A program made the position numbers and the translations under genes. A DNA stretch of 64,000 bases from Chrysomallon squamiferum (Eukaryota; Animalia; Mollusca), in the NCBI GenBank assembly GCA_012295275.1, contig CM022673.1, positions 6,758,001-6,822,000 on the forward strand, written 5' to 3'. The notes beneath the pieces were generated by a model. The model had not been told where the DNA came from. It searched no databases and was given only the letters and a program-made list of their open reading frames with translations. Shown in pieces: positions 52,137-64,000 of the stretch; positions within the stretch are counted from its first letter, which is position 1; each line of letters opens with the position of its first letter.

Positions 52137-52306
52137 TTGTTGATCCAGTCGGTGAAAGCAACCTCCTCCCCCTCTTTGATCATGTGGGTGGTTCCTGCTG
52201 ACGACCCCTCCGAGGTGCCCCCTGTGTGTTTCACCTTAGTGGCCTTGGTCACATGTTTCTTGAACATCAGCCCCATGTCCACCTTCTGCTTCTCCTGCCT
52301 GTACAG
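52137..52306 (-). CDS. PLS: Plastin exon: LYRQEKQKVDMG...GGTSEGSSAGTTHMIKEGEEVAFTDWIN
   Basis: ctgcag| ... AA|GTAATA, phase 0-2. Confidence 0.94.
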
Positions 52307-52374
52307 CTGCAGAGAGACAAAAGATAATTATTTTTTACATTTGTCTAGTTGAGAATTAAAAATCTTTTATCACA

Positions 52375-52408
<34 letters not shown>

Positions 52409-53422
52409 CTGCCAAGATCACCAAATTCATACTCATATCATTTTTATTTTTGTCTAATTAAATAGTAAATAACTATTACAATAATAAAAAAAAAAAGAGA
52501 ACAAAACAGTAAAAATACTGCTTAAAGATCATCAAATTTCAGCTTAGATCATTTTTATATCAGTATAATCAAGAATTTATAATAAAACAGTTGAATAGTA
52601 CAAACTGCCAGAGGCTTAATCAATTTTATTATTATTATTTTTTAATGACCAGTGTTTTATTTTCAAATTAAATTCAGTGACTGTAATTTTAGAGTTACTG
52701 CATGCCCTCACATTTCCAAGACTTACACTTTCTCTGAAATTTTGGAGTTATCTTAGAATCATGTAAAATTTAGGACAATTGTCACATGCACACAACTGTA
52801 GCATCTGGAAGTGCAGGTGCAACAAACACGCACAAGATTTGTTAAAAAAATCTTGACATAAACTCAAGTATAATGTAAGTCTTTTTAACTTTTTTTTTTT
52901 TTTAAATAAAAAAAAAAAATTTTAAGCATTGAGGAAAACTGCCTATATATTGAGTGGTTTATATTTTAATTTTGTGCTATCTAACAATGAATAAAGTTGT
53001 CAAGTTTTTTTTTTTTTTTTTTTTAAAATGAAATCCTGATTCATGTTTTACTTTTGTTTCACAGGTAATAAGAAAAAGTATTCTTTTAAATCTTGATACC
53101 CTGTTAAACGGACCAGATTTACATGAATGAGTATCTAAAGTACATAAAGGAGTGACTTTAATGCAAGGAATCCTTTGTTTTTCACTCTGTGTTTAGTATT
53201 ACTTGCTGGGTGCTAAACATCCAGTAAAGAATTCATCCTAGCCACCTCACTCCTTTCACCTCAGGGAGGTTTCTGTTGTTAAACTGGTACTAAAATATCA
53301 TGTCAAAACCTCCAGCAGTGTCTTTATCATCTAACCTCATAAAAAAGATGTAAACCCTAGGGTTTTTTTTTCATCATGTATTTTTATGCATTATGATTAA
53401 AGATCATCTACATTGTATTATT

Positions 53423-53590
53423 ACAGTTTATATTCAGTCTTATTAACCTTACTGAAACTTATACATTTAAAAATAACAGTTTATATTCGGTCTTATTAAT
53501 CTTACTGAAACATATACATATAAAAATAACAGTTTATATTCAGTCTTATTAACCTTACTGAAACTTATACATTTAAAAAATAACAGTTTA
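53423..53590. repeat. 53-bp tandem repeat, 3 copies
   Basis: ACAGTTTATATTCAGTCTTATTAACCTTACTGAAACTTATACATTTAAAAATA at 53423, 53476 and 53529. Confidence 0.92.
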
Positions 53591-54770
53591 ATTATTTGGT
53601 GAAGTAATAATGAAAGAAAAGAAGTAGAAATTTGAACAAAGATTATCATGTGTTTTCAGATTTATGAATCTATAAAATTTGTTGTTATTGTAAACTTCCA
53701 TCTTTTACTGGCTTTAGTAAAGCAAAAAGTAATAAAAGTAAACTGGTAACAGTAAAACCAATGACATCCATACAAAACTGGAATGTACAGTGCATTTAAA
53801 TAAGCCCATTTAAATGTGTACAAGTTAGAACCCAATAAGAAAAAATGAAAGCTTTGGCTAGGTCAGTACAATAGATATTACAATTTTACTGCATTTTAAT
53901 TTTATAGGAAATTTAAATGTCCAATATGAAGCCATAAATCATATCAGAAATGACAGAATGTGCGCAAGCCAAAACCACAGGATCAAAATATCCACACGAA
54001 ACTTCATAATAAAGATTTAGAATATAGAACTGATTTAAAATATTTCATAATTTTTAATGTCATCATTATTTTTTTAATGCAATAAATTTACTACAACAGT
54101 TTTTAACCTCACGGTGCAAACAATTAACAACATAATTAAAAACTGCTATCAGAACAGAAGGGATGAAATTAGTTGTGTAAGTGTAATTATCAGCCATCTT
54201 GATATAACATATCAGCACAACAAGATTCTTGTCAGACTATTTGTTCACGTCAAAACACTTTTCCAAACTGATAGGTATTTGTTGCAATATTCTATTGTGT
54301 TTTTTTTTTTTTTTTAAAGTAAACTTAATAAAATTAAATGCAGTGCTTCAAGTGTTTCGTAAGTATTTATTTAGCATTCTGATACACAAACTAGTATCAG
54401 TTGACAAACTTATCAAATAAAAGTTTACACTGTGGTGTAATTCTCAAATACTCATATACACACACTAATACCCTCATATATATTTTAAACATATTTTTTT
54501 CTTTAGCCTTAGAAAATAAAATATAATACATTTTTAAAACATTTTTGATTTCAACACACCTTTTTAAATTAATTTTTTTTAATTATCAGTATACTTCGAA
54601 GACTAAATCTTGCAAATTAAATCTGGCAGGGTTTTTTTTTAATTTTATTTTTGGCAAGCCTTTTTCCATTGGCTTTTCTGAAACATTTAAAAAATTTAAA
54701 TGTGTATGTTGTGCATCTCCAAAAAATAATAATAAAAAAAAATTCCTGCATATCAACGAATAAATCTTAC

Positions 54771-54926
54771 TTCAGCGAACTCTGACATGTCAATCTTGCC
54801 ATCGTTGGACTTGTCATATTTGGTCATAAGATCGCGGACATAGTAACCAGGGTGTTTGATCCCACAGCATTCCAGAGCAGCTCCCAGTTCGTCGAGAGCA
54901 ATGAAACCATTTCCATCACTGTCGAT
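54771..54926 (-). CDS. PLS: Plastin exon, EF-hands: IDSDGNGFIALDELG...YDKSNDGKIDMSEFAE
   Basis: tttcag| ... GAA|GTAAGA, 156 nt, phase 0-0; two EF-hand loops. Confidence 0.93.
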
Positions 54927-56450
54927 CTGAAAACAGTTAACAATTTAATGATTTACACATCTATAAAATCTGTATCTTGTATCTGTATTTACATCTATGT
55001 CATACACATCACTCAATTTTTATTACTTATGTTAATATTAATGTGTATATGTATAAATGTGAATTAATAAAATTATTTGTTCCAGTTAAATTAAAAGAAA
55101 AAAAAAAAATCATCCAGACAGTTTGATTATATTTGGTTATTTGATATATATTTGACAGGAGTTTATTTACAGATCTTCAGGATGACTTGCATCATATATG
55201 ATTGATGTTTATGTGAATCTTGTTTTATAAATTATATGTGTGAATTGACATTTATTTATAGAAATAGAAAAAAAAAAAAAAAAAAAAATAAAAAATGAAA
55301 GAATAGAAATAAAGAAAACTAGTAAATTTCAAAATATATCAGTAAAATAGTTTACACGTTTAAATGTAATTTCTTTCTTGTTTAGTAAAATAAATCTCAA
55401 TTTTGAAAAAAATAAAAAAAAAAATTCAAAAAAAACAAAAAAAACAACAACAAAAACCCCATTAATAATTAAAAGACTAAAACCTGATCTGAAAACAGTT
55501 ATAAATAACACAAATTTAATGCAATCAATGTCAAATGGCCTGTAATGGCTGACGTATAAAACTGTTTTTAAAAGAAAACAAAAACGTAACCAAAAAAAAA
55601 AAAAAGAAATAAAAAAAAAAAAAAAAAAAAATAAAAATTGAGATTAAAAACTGTGTTACGGGAAATTACAGCTCTAACGACAGAAGGAAATCGCCAATGA
55701 ACTCTCCCTGAAATGTTCTGTATGAATAATCGGAGACCTGTCCTACAGAGGCAAGTTGAATCAACAACAACTGGCAAGCCAACCTTGTCTCGATTATCTG
55801 TTTAATTGATCCGTTTTAAGTGGAAAGCCTGGTAACAAATTAGATCTCCAATGACGACACATACTGTAGGCAAACTGAGATAAATTGTTTTTTCACAGGC
55901 AAACACAGTGTGAAATATTCTAGAACATTCTATTTCCTCATCTCTGTTTAAAATAGCATTGTGTACAAACTCTGTTGTGTTGCTGAGTGAAGATGCATTT
56001 TAATGTTTGTTACCAATGAGAGAAAATTTAATTTTGCAAGTCCTAATGTACTCGAAGGATAAAAAGTGTTAAAAAAAAAGAAGAAGAAAAGGACAATTTA
56101 AATCATTTTGAGAATTCCTGTCAAAATACAGAGGTGTTTAAAATGTTTCAAACTGCAGTGACTGCAGATTAAGCTTCATCAAAGGTTTCTTTTTGTGTTG
56201 GGTCTAAATGTTTGGTATGTCAAATATGCAAACAAGCAAACTTCTAAAAGGTTAGGAAAAATATTAAATGAATTCTATGCAGTAGGCGGAACAAAAAAAT
56301 AAATTAAATTTGAAAAATAATATTAAAAATTTTCGTAACAAAAAGAAAAAGAAAGAAAAAAGTGACAAACAACAATAATAAAACAATAAACTTAAACTGA
56401 ATAACAAAGAAATTATAGAAACTTTATTTTTTTCACTCTATAAATGAGGG

Positions 56451-56508
<58 letters not shown>

Positions 56509-56942
56509 ACATACACAACAATTCTCATCTTCTAAAGGAATAAATGTTTTCTCAGCAGTACCAACTGACTGAAGGATGAACAGCAAACTTTATCTAAAGT
56601 AAACATATTTTATAGAAATAGATAAAAACAATAAATATTTTAAAAGTAACAACACGACAATTTGAACAGATGTTAAAATGAAAATATTTAGTTTAGCACC
56701 CTTCAAAACAAAACAAAACAAAAAGCATGAACAACAGCAGCAGTAAAAACAGAAGAGAGAACAAAATAATCACCAAGCTGCAATAACTGGATCTGTGAAA
56801 ATATATATTTTGAAAAAAAAAAAATAATTTTTTAAATAGATGTGACAGAATTTTAATAATTATTCTTAGTTTTTAGTTACATGCTGCATATAAATCTTTA
56901 ATGTTTACTGTATTATATATGAATGTGAGAATGTGAGTGAGA

Positions 56943-56973
<31 letters not shown>

Positions 56974-59900
56974 CCATGTGATCATAATTATGTACTTTTA
57001 TAGTCAAGTAATGTTTAAATTTGTTTTCACCACTCATGAGTAAAGTCTTATTTAAACGTTATACAGTTTTGATAATGCTGACCAGGGTCATTTATATTTG
57101 GGCATGTGGCAATCAGATCTGTCATAATAAAGTTATCTAGAGATAACATCATTACAGTGTTTATTTGTACCCAGTAAATTTTACCTTGCACAGAAATAGT
57201 AATAATAATGATGATCTTTGACATTCCAAACTGCTGATTCATCATTTTTTAAACCATTAGAACAAAATTCATAACACTATGATACACATATTATATAGTG
57301 TATAAAATATTATAAAAATATCCCTTTAAATTAAACTTAAAAGAAATCATAATAATAATAATAATAAATAAATAAAAAGACAAATAAAATTAGCTGTAAA
57401 AATGTAAATTATGTAATAAAAATATACAACATGGGTTAACATTCCAGTGACATTTACATGAAATATAATATTAATAGAAATAAAATTTAATATTTTTTTT
57501 TTTTTTTTTAAATAATAATAATAAAAAATCAATCAATCATTTGAGCTACTCTGTATGAAGCATTGTCAACAGAAAATACAAGATATTTTTACTTTTGAAA
57601 TATTTACCCCAAGTTGTACTGTTTTCAAGCAGGCAGTAAACATATATAAATATGAAAATTTAATGACAAAGAAAAGAATGGATCAATTACAGATGTGTTG
57701 AACATATTCAGTATTGATTCCTTTCTCACAATACAATGCTTACAAGTAGTAACACTTCTCCACAGTGTATTTGAAAACTGAATAAAAAGACTACTAAAGA
57801 TATTAACTTACAAGAAAGAGTAATATAAATAATAAAACAAGCTTACATTATCAGATTTCATATGAGGTTTCAGCTGCTATTATTGGATTAATAATCAAAA
57901 GACCACAACTGTTATTAAAGCTACCAGCCATATATTGCTTTGGCCGTGTAACAATTCTTTCTTAATAAAATTTAAGGTTTACATAGAGTTCCACGAGGCC
58001 AATTTAAATCATTTGCTTTCAAGAACATTCAGTGGGAATGGTGGCAGTATTATTCAGCTTTCTGAAGTGTTGGTTAATCAATAAATTAAGCAATTAAAAT
58101 TTATTGGAAAGTATTTTTGAATTAATAAAATGTCAAATGCATTTGTGAACCGAAGCTTAAAATTCAAATGCATTCAATTTTTTTATCTCTTACAGAAAAA
58201 GCTATGAGCTCATATTGTCTTCTTTTTCTAACTATATAGATTTTTTATTTTTTTTAAAAATCAAATTTATAAATAAAATAATCGTAAAATAATAATAATG
58301 AAATAAAAATAAAATAAAAAATATATTGCATGTATGATAAAATATCAACAGAAACAGAAATATGAACTGTCAAAAATTCAATGGAAAAAAAACAAATGTC
58401 ACCAGAAAGGCAAGTTCATTATAAATAATTTATCAAAAGTTGCACTATGTACTTCCCTGTTTAAAACTTTTATGGTTGTGATGCTACCTTATTTGGTAAC
58501 AGCACAAAAACTTTATATCAAGTACTTTTTAACCATAAAATGAATATCTGTTTCAACAATACATTAATTAATTTGCTGTAATTTATTCTGAAAATGTTTT
58601 TATTTATTTTTTCTGTGACATTAATAAAAACAATGCTATTGTTCTGAGTACTAGGAAGCTAATATTTTTGATGTCCATGAATACAAATGAGTAATGTTAG
58701 AGTATTCACATCAAGGTCAAAGCAACAAAACAGTTTCAGGTTCTATTGTCTTTAAACATTGATGTTGTAGAAATAAAACCCACTGAAAGTTTCACACACA
58801 CACACACACACACATCAAATATTTGATATATAATATTTAATATATGGTACAATATAATTTTTTTTTTTTATCCATGCAGTTGAAAAACGGAATAAAATAA
58901 AACAGAAAAACTGCTAGACAAAGAAAAATTTCAATTATAGAATTTTAATTTTTCTTTATTTGTAAAGTCTTATTTTTTTTTTTTTTTATTTGTCACCCAA
59001 TTTACATAACAAAAAAAAAAAAAAAAAAAATATATATATAGACAAACCTAATTAATTGTAAAATCACTGATTGATCATGCAAAAGGGCATATATCCTTTT
59101 CAGGTGGTTTTTTGTGTTGTCTCTTTAAAACTGTAAAATGTTTGCATATAAACACTTCACATATAAATAAAATGGTAAACTATAAAAGCAATATATAAAT
59201 TATGAATTTTTTTTAATCAGCCAACTGAAACAACTTCAATATTATTAATTTTTTTTTAACCTATATATGTAAAACTGATATAGTAAGATAAAAATCTTAT
59301 ATCATTTTGGCAGGTTACCAAAACAGACACACTTGGTTTACACATATGGGTATAGATAACCACCATAATTCATTCTTCTTTATCTCTACCACCCAACAAT
59401 GCCTATGTGGCTTCAAATATCTGATCCAATACAACTGACGCAGTATTACAAGTACTGCAACACTTTACAAAATTCTTAGCTTCAAGGCTTTCTTGAACTG
59501 CTGATTGGCTGAAATCAGCCATCTTAAAACTCGGTAAACATATGGTGACTGTTAAATCTCAGAAATGTCACTGCTTTATGTAAGCCAAATAACCAGGTCT
59601 GGCACATTTGTACTGACAAAAGAACCAAATGTTTCATACCTACATAAAGCATTCACAGAAGTTTATTGATGTAGCTCTGGTATGTTTGAGATGGCAAACA
59701 AAAACAATTAAGTTTTTTTTTTTTTTCTTCAAATAAATACTGACTAATTAGGTGACAGAAAAAATGTTTAAGTTTGCATTTCTCACATTCAGTTTGCTTA
59801 TCTAGCAGGTCACAGGCACACACAGCAAGAAAAGCACAGAGATCCAGCTAGTCTCAAGTCAACAAGCCAGTGTCATAAATACAGCAAAGTTCGCTCTCTG

Positions 59901-60517
59901 TGTTAGTGAAGCAGCAATTGCCCTAGGGAAAAACCTATATATTGCATACTGAGCACATAATCTTCTTACAAAAAAGAAAAAGGAGTGGTGAAATCGTTCA
60001 CACAGTTTAATCTGTTTGATTCGGATAAACGCTGTCAGTTAACGCAAACCATCATTACCATGGCAAGAAACCGTACGAAAGTCGCGTCAAAATGACAAAC
60101 ACACACAAAGTAAAAATCAGAAAAGTAGCTGTGTGGATGTTATTTTACATCTTAATAACCGTATAGGATTACAGGTAAAAGCTGGACTCCTGTAGCTCAG
60201 AAAGTATCCAGTTCTTTCCTAACAGGTGTAACATAACTACAAGTAGAGGTATCATGAAAGGTGACTTTTCGCCTCACGTTGAAGTATGCGATTTTAATGA
60301 ACTGCCTTCAGCACATTGCAGAGATGCTTTTGATGAATTAACAGATTAATTTGGGATTTATTTAAATGACACGTCACTTAATGATGAGAGCAGAAAGGAA
60401 AACCCATGGATTGATTTTATTAATTAGCATCGTGGAATCTTTTTACATGCTCTTTCATGTAGCAAAGCATTGCACAATGGGTATTTGATAAACCAGGCAA
60501 AGAGCATCGGATGAAAT

Positions 60518-60585
60518 GGGGCATAGCCCAGTGACGAGGACTGATCCCACAATATGCAGAAGATTAATGTTCAAACCCCTGAACT
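60518..60585 (+). mobile_element. Possible tRNA-derived SINE head remnant
   Basis: GGGGCATAGCCCAGTG (A-box-like) and GTTCAAACCC (B-box-like) at tRNA-like spacing; no cloverleaf. Confidence 0.35.
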
Positions 60586-63500
60586 ACAGTTCAGTCACCT
60601 GTGGTTGTCATAGGCTTTAATTCCAAAATACAGTAATAAAGAGAGCATAGTTAATAAATAACTGACATTGATTTTCATGGCTATATTTTATGCACAAAGT
60701 CCACTTTATATTAGTTGTTATTTCTAGTAATGAAACAAAAACCTATCATTTCAGTAATCCGATGAAGCAACTCTGAAAACGATAAGGGAAAAAAATGGGT
60801 ATACATGTACCACAGTCAGTTAATGCAGCCCCATGCATGGAAATACTGAAAATCATTAAATCATTGTGGTCAATGACAATACTTTATTCTGTAATGGACC
60901 ATTAGATAAATTGAAGAAAGTTGCTCGACATCTTAGTAAAGTTTTATTTCAGAAGTTATTAATAAAATACTTGTATAAAATTATTTTCAGTGGGTTTTTT
61001 TTATAACAGCAGCTTGTGGTTTCTGAACATTATTACTATTATGTGCATGTTCAGCTGTTGCCAGCACAACTGTTGATATACTAAAACTTGTTACAATAGC
61101 TAGGTATCTGAAAAACTCTGAATTTTTATACTGTAAATGCACCAGAAAACAAATTCAATACTGTGAGTGAAAACAATAAGGCTGTATAAAAACACGCAAT
61201 AATGTAATAATTTACGTATCTCTGAATTTGCTTTAGAACTAATAAGCCTATCCGCCAAAAGAGTTAAAAATGTTTTTCAAAGCATGGCAAATGTCCTGTT
61301 GTTGAGTTATACTTGGCACACAATAGAACAAAACAAAACAACAACAAACACATGCAGAAGTATAAAAAAAGAAAAAGAAGAAAAAACAAAAAGGTTCTCT
61401 TTGTCACTTCAATGGTGGTTCAATTGTTTGAAACTGCATCATGGTGCAAGTTTGTTGTCTTCAAATGTTTACTCAAAAGCTCAAGTCTAGACATCTAATC
61501 AAACACAGCTTTGATGGCTGACTAAGCTGTTTTTTCCTTTTCTTTTTAGTTTATTAAAACAGACACTTGTTTTTGAACATAATCTCTTCTTCGCTATAGA
61601 CATCTACACATGTATTTAATAATATTCAAGCAAAGTTGTTATGAACATGACTTTTGACATAACCAGAATGCTGTCTAAAACATTTCATGTTCTCAGTATT
61701 ATAAAAAAGACCTATGATCTAATTATTTTATTTTAGATTATCCATTTGTAAATCACAGAATAATCTTATTAGAAACAAACAAACAAAAAAATATATATAT
61801 TATTTATTGCTGCACAAATTCTTAAACAATTGTTTGAAATGTTTTGCTGATTATGGAATTATACACTTAAACAAATTTGTCATTGTAAACGATATCTTAA
61901 TTTATTCCCTTGTAAGTTACAGTTGTAACATTTGCATCCCCCCAGTTTTAAAGTATGTTTTTATGTATCCTGTTTAAACTATTGTATAACCTACTTTGTA
62001 CTGCTATTGTTAGAAAATGTCAACAGGAAACAAGGAAAAAAAAAAAAGATTGAAACTGAACCTGACAAATAGAGATATACAATCTTGTTATTATTTATTA
62101 TATATACATAAAAAGAAAAGTCTAATTTTAATTTCTAGATGGCTAACACATATACACACACTGGTATAAATACAACTAGGAACGTGTTTGATAGTTTGTA
62201 AAATAAATTAAATAAGTTAAAAAAATAAATTAAATAAAAAACCGAAAATCTCACCAGCTCCTCTGTAATTACTAGTTTTACCAATCTTACTGAATGTGAC
62301 CAAAGGTCAAGGTTAGCTGGATGCTGGCTCTCTTTAAGTTTGTAAAAAAAAAAAACAGGAACATCAGTTTTGTCCATTATCTAGTATACAATGAATGTTT
62401 AATCAGGCAACACAGTGCAGAGAAAACACAGGCTGTTGAGTGTCAACAAGAAGGCAAAATAATGAAAGAAAGAAGAAACATTTTGTTTTACAATGCACCA
62501 AACACATTTTAATCTGTGATTGTATGGCCTTTAATTTACACAAGTGGGAAAACTAAAAAGACATTAAGAGATGTCAAGTGACTGTGCCACAAAATAGATT
62601 TTTTTAAAAATAAAAATAACTAACATGCACCCTCTCATAGACAGCAAAGAACATACAACTTTTTTTTTTTTTTTTTTTTTTAAATGTAGGAAGCAATGAA
62701 GGAGATTCTTTCCTCTAACTGAAATCAATATAAATATAATAATTCAGTCAGGAATATGACAGCTGAAAATTAAAAAAATTAAATAAATAATAAAACTGTG
62801 TATTTGTAACATGTACATCACATAAATAACATTTTTTATCTCTTTTTCAACATTTATAATGCTTGTTGTGTCTGTGTAACTTCAGTAAACTGTTATATTA
62901 TCAGTTCAGTACTCATGTTTTTATTACATGGCCCTGAAGACATGGCCCATTAAAATACCAGCATTCCAGTCTATTAGTCAGTTAAATCTAACTGAGGAAC
63001 AACACTGATTAAGTAACAAACTAGTTACTTAATGAGGCTTATTACCATTGTAATAATGATTTGAATTTTAAAGTTTTTAATGTATGGTGACAAGAAAATC
63101 AATGATTAATATTAATTAGAAGAACAAAAAATGTTTATCACTTATGTTTAATAAATCGTTGAACAACAAAGTCGTAAGTAACTTCTGAAACTGCATAATT
63201 AATTATGAAAACAGATAACACTTGCCAGTTACATTTTATCTAGTTCATGTGAATCATAGATGACACATAACACAGTCAAATTAAAACTTTAGTACACTGA
63301 CATTATTTTGTTACATTTATTGAGTGTGGGGATCCTTTATTGTTTATATTAACAAATGTCTTCTATATACATGAATGGTGGGTGAAAAAATGATGAAAAC
63401 TAGGTACTAAACTTCAATAAATTTTGCAGACTCTGATTCTGAAAGATAATATAACCTGTAATTTCTAACATTAACATTTTCTTATGACAAATAAATGTTA

Positions 63501-64000
63501 CCATTAGTTACAGGATATTTATTTATCAGACTAAATTCACTAATACAGCTTCAGTTTCCTTTAAATCATAATTTGGAAACATGTCACATCAGGCCATGAG
63601 CACCTGCGAATTACATTTAAATCATTCTAAAACTGTTCAAATAAGACTAATTTCAAAGGTACACAATACATTCAGCCTTGTTACTTTGAAGCCAATAAAA
63701 ATGGAAACATATAAATATATATATTTTTTTAAACGCTGCATTTAAAAAAAAAATAAAAATTATCAGATGATATATGTATGGCTAAGGATCGTACTGATAA
63801 TCATTTAACTCTTCCCCTACATGTAAATCTGAACAAAATGTAGTGTGCCGACTGTCCTTCACCCTCGGTGGTTCATGACGTCCACAAAAATCATGTCACA
63901 CTGTATCGTCAACCGGTAAAAATCGTCGAAGAAAAAAATCAAGAACATTTACAATGTACGTGGTTATACGTCTGTCCCGCTATCTGAGAAACGTGCACAA

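Larger units (their letters stand above)
45466..54926 (-). other. PLS: Plastin/fimbrin gene (2 EF-hands + 4 CH domains); 12 exons, 1818 nt CDS in window; first coding exon not located
   Basis: Phase-consistent exon chain with motifs [132 protein letters not shown]. Confidence 0.97.

Noticed and set aside
62135-62377. Minus-strand ORF with a GTGAGA donor as candidate plastin first exon
   Set aside because: Translation does not resemble the plastin N-terminal helix; could be a UTR exon but is unsupported.

Overview
This is AT-rich, microsatellite-dense animal genomic DNA; the repeat style and protein similarity suggest an invertebrate, possibly a mollusc, but this is not proven. It holds two convergent, intron-rich genes for actin regulators. 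(1) On the + strand is an EPS8/Arouser-family gene with PTB, EGFR-binding/central, SH3 and SAM-like effector regions. I traced 21 coding exons by hand from 271 to the stop at 36636; the 5' end lies upstream of the window. (2) On the - strand is a plastin/fimbrin gene with 2 EF-hands and 4 CH domains. Twelve exons run from 54926 to the stop at 45466 (about 605 codons); the first coding exon was not found. Almost all ORFs in the supplied track are microsatellite artefacts or exon read-through. The most notable observations are: a 1-nt frameshift in the EPS8 SH3 exon (A5 where A6 is needed); a composite internal/terminal exon giving either a short isoform ending KRGEFKYF or a long effector-domain isoform; a candidate 15-nt microexon with two downstream UGCAUG sites; a doubled TACTAAC at the long-isoform acceptor; a second H5-like helix at the EPS8 C-terminus; a GC-AG intron and an A-tract AAG acceptor in plastin; a 55-bp tandem duplication that triplicates a plastin splice donor; and extreme exon-to-exon GC3 variation. 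I found no prokaryotic-type systems, CRISPR arrays, rRNA, intact tRNA or intact transposon ORFs.
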